From Balanoglossus misakiensis (lineage: Eukaryota; Animalia; Hemichordata): a stretch of DNA of 64,000 nucleotides. The position numbers were made by a program, and so were the translations under genes. The first letter of the stretch is position 1; each line of letters begins with the position of its first letter. The notes below the pieces were generated by a model. The model worked only from the letters and a program-made list of their open reading frames with translations. It had not been told where the DNA came from and did not search any database. The stretch covers positions 14,199,834 to 14,263,833 of the forward strand of contig CM082579.2 of assembly GCA_040954595.2 (NCBI GenBank). The letters are read 5' to 3'. This document shows positions 1 through 10,263 of the stretch, piece by piece.

Positions 1-127
1 AATATGAATCTTGGGCTGTGGAACGTGAAACTTGAAACGTGAATCTTGAATTAGGCTTACCCTAATTTTTAATGGGTATATTCTTAATAACTCATCACCA
101 TGAATGATCATTTCAAAACTTAACAAG

Positions 128-436
128 GCATATGGCTAAAGAGGATTCAGTGTTTGTGCACCTTCTATCTGCTATGCTGGATCTATTGACAGTTTTCAAA
201 GGGGTTTAAAGACTCGTCTTTTTATTCAGTACTTTCTATTTCATTCCATTGCTTTTTTGGTTAATAGGGACTGTCTTTCAGAACTCTTTGGTTTGTTTCG
301 TGTTTTTAAGTGTAATTTATTATTCTTTAAGCTTTCACTTGTTTTCTAATTTTATTATTTTCTGTAGAAAATGCACTGAGATGTATGTGTATTATGTTTG
401 TCAGGAAATAAATAATAATAAAATTAAAAATAATAA
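128..436 (+). mobile_element. Decayed L2-clade (CR1/L2 group) LINE, extreme 3' end with AT-rich tail
   Basis: The frame from 128 reads AYG*RGFSVCAPSICYAGSIDSFQRGLKTRLF, matching the L2 ORF2 C-terminal pattern (YG.RAFS..AP...S...FK..LKT.LF). A T-rich 3' UTR and an (AAT)n-like tail at ~407-436 follow. Confidence 0.65.
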
Positions 437-453
437 ACTATCTTTGATTTCAG

Positions 454-491
454 ATGTCAATGAATGTATGGAGAGAGCAGATCTTTGTTAG
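454..491 (+). pseudogene. Broken exon starting a calcium-binding EGF domain
   Basis: The acceptor tctttgatttcag ends at 453. A phase-1 frame (D)VNECMERADLC follows, i.e. the D-[IV]-[ND]-E-C cbEGF start, then TAG within a short tandem duplication (agagcagatcttt x2). Confidence 0.45.
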
Positions 492-540
492 AGCAGATCT
501 TTATCTCAAGGCGCCACAGAGGAATAAAGGTCCTTCTTTT

Positions 541-845
541 GTTGCATTTCGAATAGATTCGTGTAATTCACTTTTGTTTGGGCTCCCTAAGTACTAGATC
601 AGCCGTATTCAAGTTCAAAATATTGCTGCTAGTTCCAAAATCACTGTTTACATCAATGCAATTTCAGTTCCATTGGTTACCTGTGTCTGATCGTATTGTT
701 TTCAATATTTTATTTCTTATTTTTGAATTCATTCATAGACTTGGACCATCATATCTGTCTGATATGATCAAATTATATGTTCTAAATCGAAACTTGAAGT
801 CAGCTGATCAGCTCAAACTCTGTCCTGTTCAGCCCAATGCTATGA
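541..845 (+). mobile_element. Decayed L2-clade LINE ORF2 fragment (post-RT region)
   Basis: The 541 frame reads RIDSCNSLLFGLPKY*ISRIQVQNIAA. After a frameshift it reads FHWLPVSDRIVFNILFLIFEFIHRLGPSYLSDMIKLYVLNRNLKS. These match the L2 motifs RLDYCNSLL.GLP...LQ.VQN.AA and LHWLPV..RI.FK......AP.YL.......P.R.LRS. Confidence 0.75.
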
Positions 846-959
846 TGACAACAACAATTGCTTGCCTTCAGACACAAATATTTATTGCATATATTATCAG
901 CGAATAAAGGGAAATGGTTTTGAAGTTACAGTTGGCATTTTGCATTTTCGAAATGTCTA

Positions 960-1570
960 CTTATATCCCAGGCCACGATACGGAGAAAAAAATAAAAATA
1001 CACCAGCTGAGCTCCTCACACGTACATAGTCATGTATGGTAAACCTGGCATTCTGTCCATATGGGACCTACATTTGTAGGCGATTGATCGATGTTGTGTC
1101 GAAATCAGGCCAGTAATTAAGTTAAAACTTGGTTAATACGTTACCTTAGGGTGTTATACATTATCCAGTAACTGTTTTACTTAAGAATTGCCTTTCAAAA
1201 GCTGTTTACCCACGGTAAACGTATCGTTTCACGATCAACGCAACACTTCTGTATTTACAAGTCTAACATGGAGCCGGAGAGGTCAACGTATACTTCCGGG
1301 TCATATCGTCGAACGACATTGATTATTTTTAAGCGGACTGTTACACAAGCATTTCGAATTAATTTCTTTTCACGGATGTTCGGACCGATATTAGACCTCT
1401 CTGTCAGGAAAGTTTGGTTAACTTCCGAGGTCGTTTTCAATGATTTTTGAAACGTTTGTGGATGTCTCTTTAGGGGTCACCAACATACCACCGAAAACAC
1501 GTTAAAAACTTCTACTACTATTAAGGACAGATTTTCATAAAATTTACGTCTGCAGTGAAAAATGGGAATC
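960..1570. promoter_or_regulatory. CpG-retaining, promoter-like segment
   Basis: CpG is visibly denser than in the flanks. ETS-type ACTTCCG(G) occurs at 1292 and 1421, a YY1-like AACATGG at 1265, and a candidate donor GTGAGT at 1666. No transcript evidence. Confidence 0.25.
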
Positions 1571-1810
1571 ACTTTCGTAATTTATCCAGCTAACATGGTT
1601 TTTTATTGCACAACAGAGTTGCAGACCAGGATTTAAGTTGCACAGAAATCAACATACATGTGTTGGTGAGTATCTACAATTTGGAGAGAAAGTAAGATGT
1701 ATGGGTTTGTACAATGTAAGTGTCTTATACATGTATATTTGACACTGAAATCATATATTGTACAATCAGTCATTGGTAAATGTCTGCTATTCATGACACA
1801 AATAAAAAAA

Positions 1811-2018
1811 CAGTCAAACCTGTGTGAGTGGCCACCTCTATTAGGCAGCCACCTCTATATAGTGGCCACTTTATTCTAGTCCCTATGCAATTTACATCTA
1901 CATTAATTGACTTTTCTACAAGGTATAATTTCTACAAGGTATAATGGCCACCTATCTATAAAGGCCAGTTTAGAAAAGTCCCTTCACTAGCCACAATAGA
2001 CACTTGTGTTGATTTCTG
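1811..2018. mobile_element. Degenerate Tc1/mariner-pogo type MITE
   Basis: Begins CAGTCAAACCTGT like the MITE at 2449, has internal GGCCACCT sub-repeats, and ends ...CTG followed by TA. The right TIR is eroded. Confidence 0.45.
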
Positions 2019-2448
2019 TATGTTTTACGTGTAACACAATCAGGACATTTTTCATAAAGAGGGCAGCCTTCCAAAATAAAGTGTCATCTCAATGCAGACA
2101 ATGTGAAAAAGGCGGTCAGTAGAGTACTGCTCGAGCTCATCTAGTTTGTTGTATACATGATACATGTACAAGTTGTGTGTAAAACTGACCTTACAATAAA
2201 ATGTGGCTGTCCAAGTAAGTTTCAACTATAGTGTTGATACAAAAGACAATCAAGTTTTTACTTTGTGACCAACTTGCCTCGTGTTCGTGTCGTGGAAGGG
2301 TAACATGACTGCATAGCAATGTTTTATTAAAATTTTGTACATAGAGAAATGGACTACTGGGAACTATGTAAATGATGCCCTGAGCCTAAAAATTCTGACT
2401 GTCTGCAATTATAGTTTTAGCATTTTTGTTCAATTGCACTTTCAAGTA

Positions 2449-2618
2449 CAGTCAAACCCGTCTAACACCAAAGGGACTGAAGAAATTGTTCAGATTGCAG
2501 GTGTCCAATTTAAAGAGGTTCTTTCAACATGTGGTTCTATGTCAAAAGGTTTGAACAATGTCTTTGAAATAGACATGTTTCCAGATTAGACAGGGTTCGG
2601 TTGAGACAGGTTTTACTG
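2449..2618. mobile_element. Tc1/mariner-pogo type MITE with TA target duplication
   Basis: TA|CAGTCAAACCCGTCTAA ... TTGAGACAGGTTTTACTG|TA. Imperfect ~18-bp TIRs are flanked by TA at 2447-2448 and 2619-2620. Confidence 0.7.
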
Positions 2619-3686
2619 TATTTTGATACATGCTCTGGCTTAACCCTTTCACCAACATGGTTCAGTCTAAACCCTTTATTTTCTATGGTAAGGCTGGATC
2701 TTTAAAGAGGAAACTGTTTTTTTTCTGGGAATCTCTTTATTTCTTCTGTCACAAAAATTGCATGGGAGTTCTAATTCTAAAAGGAAAACTGATTTCATAA
2801 AAGATCTCAAAGTCAAGTTTTGGATGTGGCTCCATTTCAAGTATTGTAGGTGACTAGTTTTCCGGAGTTCAAGTCTTTATACTTGCAGTAGAGTTGGTCA
2901 CATGTACTTGGGTAATCTGAGTGTGGTCAGAAATTGAACTTACACACATTGAGTTGAGTTAAGAATATGTCTGGTGTATTACTGTAATATGACTAGATAC
3001 AGCAAATGCATTAACTATAAGCGTATGTTAAAATACACAGTTTCCATGGACAAATCTGAGTGATGAAATTAAATACACATGTTCATTAAATCCCACCATG
3101 ATAGAGCGCCCCCACTGTTCAGAATGTCCATTTTGAATGTTAACTGATGTGTACTTGTACTACTAGTAAATGGAAGTACTTTAAAGTAAAGCTCAGATGC
3201 AAGGTTTTGTAAAATAAATATAATATTAAAACGTTGCCATCATTTTAGCCATTTTGAACAGCGGTCCAATTGACTAATGTGATCACTCTGTATGCGGCAT
3301 ATGGCATATTAAGCATTTAGTATTTTTCAATCAGAAGCCGTTAATCCTGTGATTAATTCTGCTTCTTGCAGCATTGATTTTAAATCACCACACATGAATA
3401 ATTTTGTCCAAAGGACTGCGGTGCCCAAGTGTTTATGATAAGATAAACAAACGGTGAAATTCACTGAAGAAGTGAGCGAGCACTTGCCCATTCATTGTTC
3501 AATGAAAGGTGACCACCAAAACAAAAGTATTGAGAAAATAACCCGAAGTTGGAGTTACTGAGTTTTAAATTGATTTCAAGTGAAAAGCTTGGATTGGCTG
3601 AAGCTCCTGTAGTCAGTTACCTGTAGGTAGATTGACACACATGACAATGTTTGACTGTTTACACTTTTCTTTGTTTGATCTTTCAG

Positions 3687-3936
3687 AGGAATATTCAAGC
3701 ACTGCAGAAGAATCTAGAGATGGAACAGAAAAAAAGAACTTGAATTGAAACAACAGCAAGATCAACATGCCAGACAAAGTCCACTCATAGCACTAAGACA
3801 ACAACATCAACAACAACAGCAATTACAAAGGTTACAACAACAGAGAGCCCAACAACAACAACAACAACAACAAGCAGTGCAAGCACAGCCATCCAATATA
3901 CAATCAACAAATCAACAACTAAGTCACCTCTTACAA
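3687..3936 (+). pseudogene. Glutamine-rich exon with LxxLL motif, frameshifted; tentatively MED25-like C-terminal region
   Basis: Strong acceptor (ttttctttgtttgatctttcag, ends 3686) and donor GTAAGT at 3937. Length is 250 = 83 codons + 1. Removing one A from the A7 run (3729-3735) gives RNIQALQKNLEMEQKKELELKQQQ...polyQ...NQQLSHLLQ, phase 0-0. Confidence 0.6.
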
Positions 3937-4185
3937 GTAAGTTGTCATAATAATGTGTACAGTGAATATTTTGAAAACCAAGACTGGTACCAGTGGCACT
4001 TCTGGGAATTGTTATGTGGGGAAAAATAAAATCAGTTTTCTCAAAAAGGAGCTTTCTTGATGGTACAAATAACATTGGTCTGTGCCATTCCCAAAATTAT
4101 TTTAATGTATTGAAGACCTGAAAGTCACACAGAATAAATTCAATGCACTATTTGCCCAACATGACAACTTTTCCCCACACAGATT

Positions 4186-4240
4186 TAGACGTGGTGGGTA
4201 TGGCCGATTTGCCTCAAATCGGCCATACACACCACATCTA
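4186..4240. repeat. Near-perfect 25-bp-arm hairpin in intron
   Basis: tagacgtggtgggtatggccgattt-gcctc-aaatcggccatacacaccacatcta; the arms differ at 2 positions. Confidence 0.8.
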
Positions 4241-5389
4241 TTAATATTCATGAGTTTACTTTTCTTGTTTACGTACACTACTATAACAATTGGAAATCTA
4301 GAGAATGTCTATTTCATCAAGTTGACAACCCCCACATGTGTAAGTCATGTACATAAACAAAAATAGTCTGGTGTGTGGAGCCTCCTCCCTTTTTGAAATA
4401 CTTTTTTATGCAATCAGTCCAAACTCATGATCAGTCCAACCTGTTCAGTTTTAGTGTGGGGAAAAGCTGGAATGAAAGCAGACCTAAATTACAGACAACG
4501 AAATACAACAAATCTTGTCTCATTCTTATTTTCAATTCCTCTAGTTTTTCCATGGTACCAGTGTGGAAGCACTGATGATAAACTGTGGCAGACAGTTTTA
4601 AATGACGACAATCATCTTACTCTTATGTACATATGCGTTAATTTTGTGTGTACAAAATAACGTCCAATCCAAATATCTGCAAATTTTATGTGCGTGCATT
4701 CATATAGTGGACTGCCTTCGCTTCCTTCTATATTTCTTGCACGCCATATAAGAAGAATTTAGTTTTGACTCTTCTTTTCACTCAATTTGCTGTCTTTTCC
4801 TAATCTATGACACAGACTATGGTTGCCGCCACCTTGTCTGTTGTTAAGACAACACTTGTGGCATAGATAAAAAAATCATAACTAGAGTCTCTGCTTTGGC
4901 AAGTGTTCGTTAGACGATCAATACCCTTTAACAAAACTCTGCTTAGAATTCAAATCATATTCTTTTCAAAATGTCAGCATCTGATTACATAGTGAATTAA
5001 AGCTGCAAGCAGTGTTCACTAGGCCCAAGTAATTCCCAGGGTTCCTACAGAATGCCAAGGATTATCTGCTGTGGATACCCACAATTTTGTCAAAAAGTTT
5101 TGATCCTAAACTGATCTATGTCCTACAAAATCGAAACTTCTAGATCTATTGGTTAGCCTAGAATTAGGAGTGTACATAATTAATTAGGTCAACAGGGGTC
5201 CTGAAACTAACCATCAAATTTTAGACACAGCTTAAATCAATTTCCCATTGTACAGTTACTATATGCCGCCCTAAATTTCAGTCTGATTGACAAATGTGAA
5301 GACAATTAAAAAGAGATGTCGTCTGATACATTGCCATTTTCTGTGAAGTGACTTTAAAAGAAAACTGTTTTGTTTGTATTCAACTGCAG

Positions 5390-5662
5390 CAGCAACAACA
5401 AGCCAGCAGAACACAAGCAACCATTCCACCACCAAAACAACAAACAGCAGCAACAAAACAAACATGGCAACAACAACAACAACAGCAGCAGTTATCACAA
5501 CAACAACAACAACAACAACAGCTGTAACTAGGACAACAGCCAAGGCCGCGACCAAAGGTACCTCAGATGGGCTTGGCACCCAGCTTGCAACAAACACAGC
5601 AACAATCAAGTAGTACTCTGCTGGCTGATGACCGGAGATTTTTTGATATTCTGAATCAATAA
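5390..5662 (+). pseudogene. Terminal glutamine-rich exon with premature stop; tentatively MED25-like C-terminus
   Basis: The acceptor tgtttgtattcaactgcag ends at 5389. Phase 0 continues the previous exon: QQQQASRTQATIPPPK...QQQQL*LGQQPRPRPKVPQMGLAPSLQQTQQQSSSTLLADDRRFFDILNQ*. There is an internal TAA at 5525-5527 (likely CAA>TAA) and a final TAA at 5660-5662. Confidence 0.6.
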
Positions 5663-6170
5663 ATTTATACAGGAAACTGACTATAATGAACAGGAGACTG
5701 TTCATGCCTTTATTACCATTGTAACTTCTATATACTAAATGAAACACAGATGCCCAAAGAAATGTCAAAAATTTCTCAAGGTATGCGGGAATTTTCAAAT
5801 ATTCCAGACAGTCGAGTGTTGGGGATTTGGAATATTTATCACTCTCATTTACTGTATACAGACATATCCATTCCAAAGCTATCACCTCCACTCATTCTTC
5901 AGTGTTCCTTGATTTAAAAAAAAATAATTTCGAAACAGATCAAATAACACGAAATTGTTATTCCAGTGTAGTAACAGAATATACTCGGTCTGTACTAATT
6001 CTTGCATTAGCTTTACATTGTTTCCATCACAATGCCCTATTTCAATATAACCATATTTGTATGCCGGGCGGATGTAACTAGTTGTCAGTGTCTATTGTAA
6101 TACAAAGTCTGCCATACACAAAGCAACTGTGCATTGTCTTCTGGTGTGAAAAAAAGATACTTAGGATGTA

Positions 6171-6376
6171 TGTAAAATGGGAAATTTTCATGAGAGATAA
6201 ATTCGCCCGAATCATGCAAGTGCTAAAAAAACACGAAAACTAAAAAGTCGCGTAAACATGTTTTTCAGAAATAATGATGAATTGAAATTCGAGAATGCGA
6301 TAATTAATCGTTGCATAACAGTTGCCACATTTGATATTATGAAAATTTCCCGTTGCGAAAATTTCATGTTTTACAG
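6171..6376. mobile_element. MITE (TA-flanked)
   Basis: Imperfect terminal inverted repeats tgtaaaatgggaaattttc ... gaaaatttcatgttttacag|TA. Confidence 0.55.
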
Positions 6377-6749
6377 TATATAGCCATATTTTTTCCACTT
6401 CCAAAACTAACATCAAGAGTCATGCATGCCACTGGCCCAATAAAGCCTGATAGCTCTTGCTGGGAATTGTGATGTAACTAGCATCCCCCTTAAAGTCACT
6501 GACATTATCTGAACAATGGCGATTGTGTGTAAGGTTATAGTAAAGGCAAGGCTAATTTAAATTTAAAATGGTACCAATCCTTAATCACACATATGTATCC
6601 TTTGACCAATCATTGGAAAAACAAAGTCCGTGATTGACTTCAAAGGGATGCTAATTACATCACGATTCCCTGCAAGGGATATTATGCTTTATTTGGCCAG
6701 TGGCATGCATAGTTTTTTGAAAGCAAAGCAGATAAAATACAGCTATATA
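6377..6749. mobile_element. Foldback MITE with long inverted arms
   Basis: atgcatgccactggcccaataaagc...gtgatgtaactagcatccc (from ~6422) is the reverse complement of gggatgctaattacatcac...gctttatttggccagtggcatgcat (to ~6710). Termini are tatatagc/gctatata. Confidence 0.75.
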
Positions 6750-7849
6750 CTAGACTAATACCTTATTAACTCCTGATCATTGGAGAATGTATCTCTAAAG
6801 TTACTCTCTATCGCTCCCTCAGGGAAGAGAGCAGTAGACAGCTCTTTGAGTGTCAGAACTTCCAGTTGTATACCAATCATTTGTATTACCCAATCACAGA
6901 CTTTGTGTTATTGGTCATTTATCTATCCAATTGAAACTCATGTGTTCATTGGAGCATTACACCAAAGAAGTCACACTATAACAGTGACAATACAACACTT
7001 GCAAAAACATGGATTGCTCAGGTCAGCCTATCTGGTTCCAGATTATCTGTGACCCAACTAATGCAGCTATAATGAATGTGTTTGGTTATATACAGAGATT
7101 TGTAGATTGTATAAGACGTGTTAATATCACACTCTAGCATGGGGCAATGTATATTTATCTTGTGAAAGCCACAAAGTCACTAGCTCTTGATGTTCATTTT
7201 CTATTTTTGTTGTTGAATAATTTATTATGAAATTAGATTGAAGCTGAACTCACGACATATGTGTGGACATAACACGTTTATACGTCCATGTCATAATTTT
7301 TGTTAAAGCCAAACAATTAAATATCACCATTATAACAAAATTAACAACAATGTAACCCCGGGGCTGTCACTTTTTTGAATGGATACCGATCCAGAGTTAA
7401 TGTTTCATTGGAAAGTCTAACAGTGTTTTGAAATGTCACATTGTAATTTGAAAGTTTGGGCTTGGGCAGTGACAATGACATTGTTTGTGTACACAATTTG
7501 AAATGGAGCTCTATGAAAAGAGAAAAGTGGTGTGTGGAAAAGAATGAAGTCTTTGGGCTTATATCAGGTGCCTTCATTTGACTCTCAAGGAGAGTTTTGT
7601 AAAACAATTAACTTGTTGTGTGTCAGCATTATTGGGAAAGATTAAGCACACACATGTATACAGGTTAGATTATAATGGAAAATCACCATCAGCCTTTTTT
7701 CTTAGCACTCTCACCTTTCACCCCCAGTTCCCTGTGTAGACATCCAACTTTTCCAACAGAAACAATGGATTTGGACAGAACCATTAGTTCATTTGAATAC
7801 CGGTATGTATGTAATATGTGTATTTATAACATACATCATGCTAACACTG

Positions 7850-8107
7850 TGTCATGATTCACCAGAATCCGTCACGTGATAAGAAAATAGAATCGACTAT
7901 GAATCCTCTAGGGAAATAGCAGAAAATATATAAACTGGTCACGTGACCAACAGGATATAAAAGAATCCCATGCATATACTTTGTCAGTTCACCTCTGTAG
8001 CCAGACTGGCCATACGTATGAACTGATGATGTCCCTGTTATAGGCATATGTCTTGTGAAACATATAAACCACTTTGGTGTGTTTTGTGTTTGGTGAACAG
8101 CGTGACA
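7850..8107 (+). mobile_element. Possible solo LTR
   Basis: TGTCATG ... CGTGACA termini, two CACGTG boxes, TATAAAA at ~7956 and an ATAAAC-like signal at ~8064. No TSD visible. Confidence 0.3.
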
Positions 8108-8784
8108 AGCATGTTAGAATCAAACTATTACATGCATGTTAAGAAATATAGTCTGTTATATGGAAGTGACCATAGTTGCCATATTATTAAAATCACATTT
8201 TTAATATCAATATTCACATGTCATTGCTTTCTACGTTTCTTGAATTTCCTATCATTTTATGTTAACAAAAACAAGAGCCTTCTGTGACAACTTTCGAAAA
8301 TATTTCATGTAATCAGCCATTCATTTTATGTGTGTGTGAATAATGACCCCATGAGGCTGTAGAATCATGTATAGTGCTGAAGGGGACGCCATCCATAGCT
8401 TTCATATTGCATAAGATGCTAAGTTGGTATTTTCCACATATTGCTTTTTTGTACTGAGAGTTCTGTATGTTACGCAGTCCTTAAGAAGAGCTTTTGACAA
8501 ACATTTCATTGTACTTTCAAGACTGCTACAGTATTTAGATATTATATGCAGTATTAGGAAGAAATATCTTTAATATTTTTATTCTAACAATTTTCCCATC
8601 ATGCTAAACAAGTAGACAGAAATGTCATGTTAGGATTTTTGCATACATAAAATAAATATTCTGACAAAATAAGTGCTTTTGTCTGTCTCTTTGATTTCAG
8701 GTGAGGATCAGTATTTGTTGTTGCTTTTTCCAGCGTAGATTCCAATCAGAAGACAATTGTGATGAACAGTATGTTCTGTTTGAT

Positions 8785-9646
8785 TGGGACCTTATGAGAT
8801 TGGTTGCATCTGTATGGATGTATGGGTGTATGTCCGTCCACATCAAAAACTTGAAAACCGCTGCGCGTACAACCTCGATATTTGTTGTGTAGATGCATAC
8901 CGGGCTGTAGATGGGAGTTTGTTCAAACAAAGTTGTCATTGCCCAAAATATGTAAATTATCAGGGAAAAACCTAAATTTGGTCAAAACTCAGAAAATCAA
9001 CAACCACTGGTCATAATGATTCTGTATGTTTTGAGCTAATACTGTGAATTTTCCATTTTTTATGCATATTTTGTCTTTTTCCACATATTTGGTAATAAAA
9101 CCTACTTTCTGGAATTAATCAGCCCACCGCTTTGAAATTTAGTATGGAGCTTCATATAGGTGATCTGAGATACTAAAGTTTTGTTTAAATTGCTGCAAAA
9201 TTTGCATAATTATAATTTTGGAGCAATTTTTACATTTTTGATCATTTTTTTCCTGTAAAACCGCTCGTAAGATCGCTTTGGAAATTTGCATGCATGTTCA
9301 AATCAACTTGAAGAATTCAATAGTATATTTTTGTGGTGATTTTAACCATTTTTGTTCAAAATTCATTCTCAGAACCCTCTACTCCATTGCTTTCAAATTT
9401 GATTTAAAGGTTCCTTCCTGAGTTGTCATGATAATTTACAAAACCAATGATGAAAGTGTCAATCTTTTGTGTGGGCAATATCTTGTATTTTGGGGGCATA
9501 TTTTCCAATTTTGAAAAATTGTATTTCCCAGAAAGTGTAAGGCTGATTACTTTAAAATTTAAGTTAATAGGATTGGCTTATTTAGAATTATAATGGAATC
9601 AAATTATAGGTAATTCAAAACTTTTATATTTTGTAGGATATTTTGT
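8785..9646 (+). mobile_element. Non-autonomous HINE/DINE-like dispersed repeat (second copy inverted at ~62700-63205)
   Basis: 8785-9170 is the reverse complement of ~62720-63170 (the ORF track shows homologous peptides at 8697-8939 - and 62978-63163 +). There is a (GTAT/GGAT) microsatellite near the head and internal 'ttgctttcaaattt' sub-repeats. Related sequence resumes at ~10270-10380 and ~12300-12790. Confidence 0.6.
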
Positions 9647-10263
9647 TTTATCATACATGCAACGCCCGTATTTGGCACTTTCTATTGTTCTCGTCCCGAA
9701 GATATTTTACGGTATTACACTGAGTGCAATATATCTTCACTCCGCGTCTCGAACTATTTTTGAGAACGCTCGGCACGACAGTTCGCTGCGCGTGCGAGCG
9801 ACGTACGGGGCATAGGACGCTAGTGGAGAGCAGTGTTGTAAAATTCGGTTATTAGAAGCTATAATAATGTTTTCAAAGTTGGCTGTTTTGCCATGTTGAA
9901 TGTATCATTTTTACTTCTTCGAAATTCTCAATGCAAAATAATTGTTAACATGATAGTTTGAAAGAGAACGTAGACAATTTTATTTTGAATGCGGATGTGC
10001 CCATCGTAGTGAAAGCTGCCAACCCCCTTAAAATGATACTACGGCCCACACGTCATACGTCACAACATGGCTACTGCCGTGATCCCAGGGCGCCTGTTCA
10101 AATTTGAAATTGTTTTTCTCGGCGCATTTTCGCAAATCGTACTGTTTTATAGGTAGGCATGTATGATAAAGGGGTTATTACACGAATTTTGGTCGATAAC
10201 ACGACGCATTCTCGTGATGTCCGTATTTTGATGAGTTGCAAAGCAACGAGTCAAAATACGGAC
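9647..10263. mobile_element. CpG-rich non-autonomous element with 14-bp inverted repeat and external hairpin
   Basis: TTTATCATACATGC (9647-9660) pairs with GCATGTATGATAAA (10157-10170). A 13-bp-arm hairpin GTCCGTATTTTGA..TCAAAATACGGAC lies at 10219-10263. Confidence 0.6.

Noticed and set aside
3785-5891. Val-rich minus-strand ORFs (3785-4075, 5271-5891) and the Thr-rich ORF at 5374
   Set aside because: They are shadow frames of (CAA)n glutamine codons.
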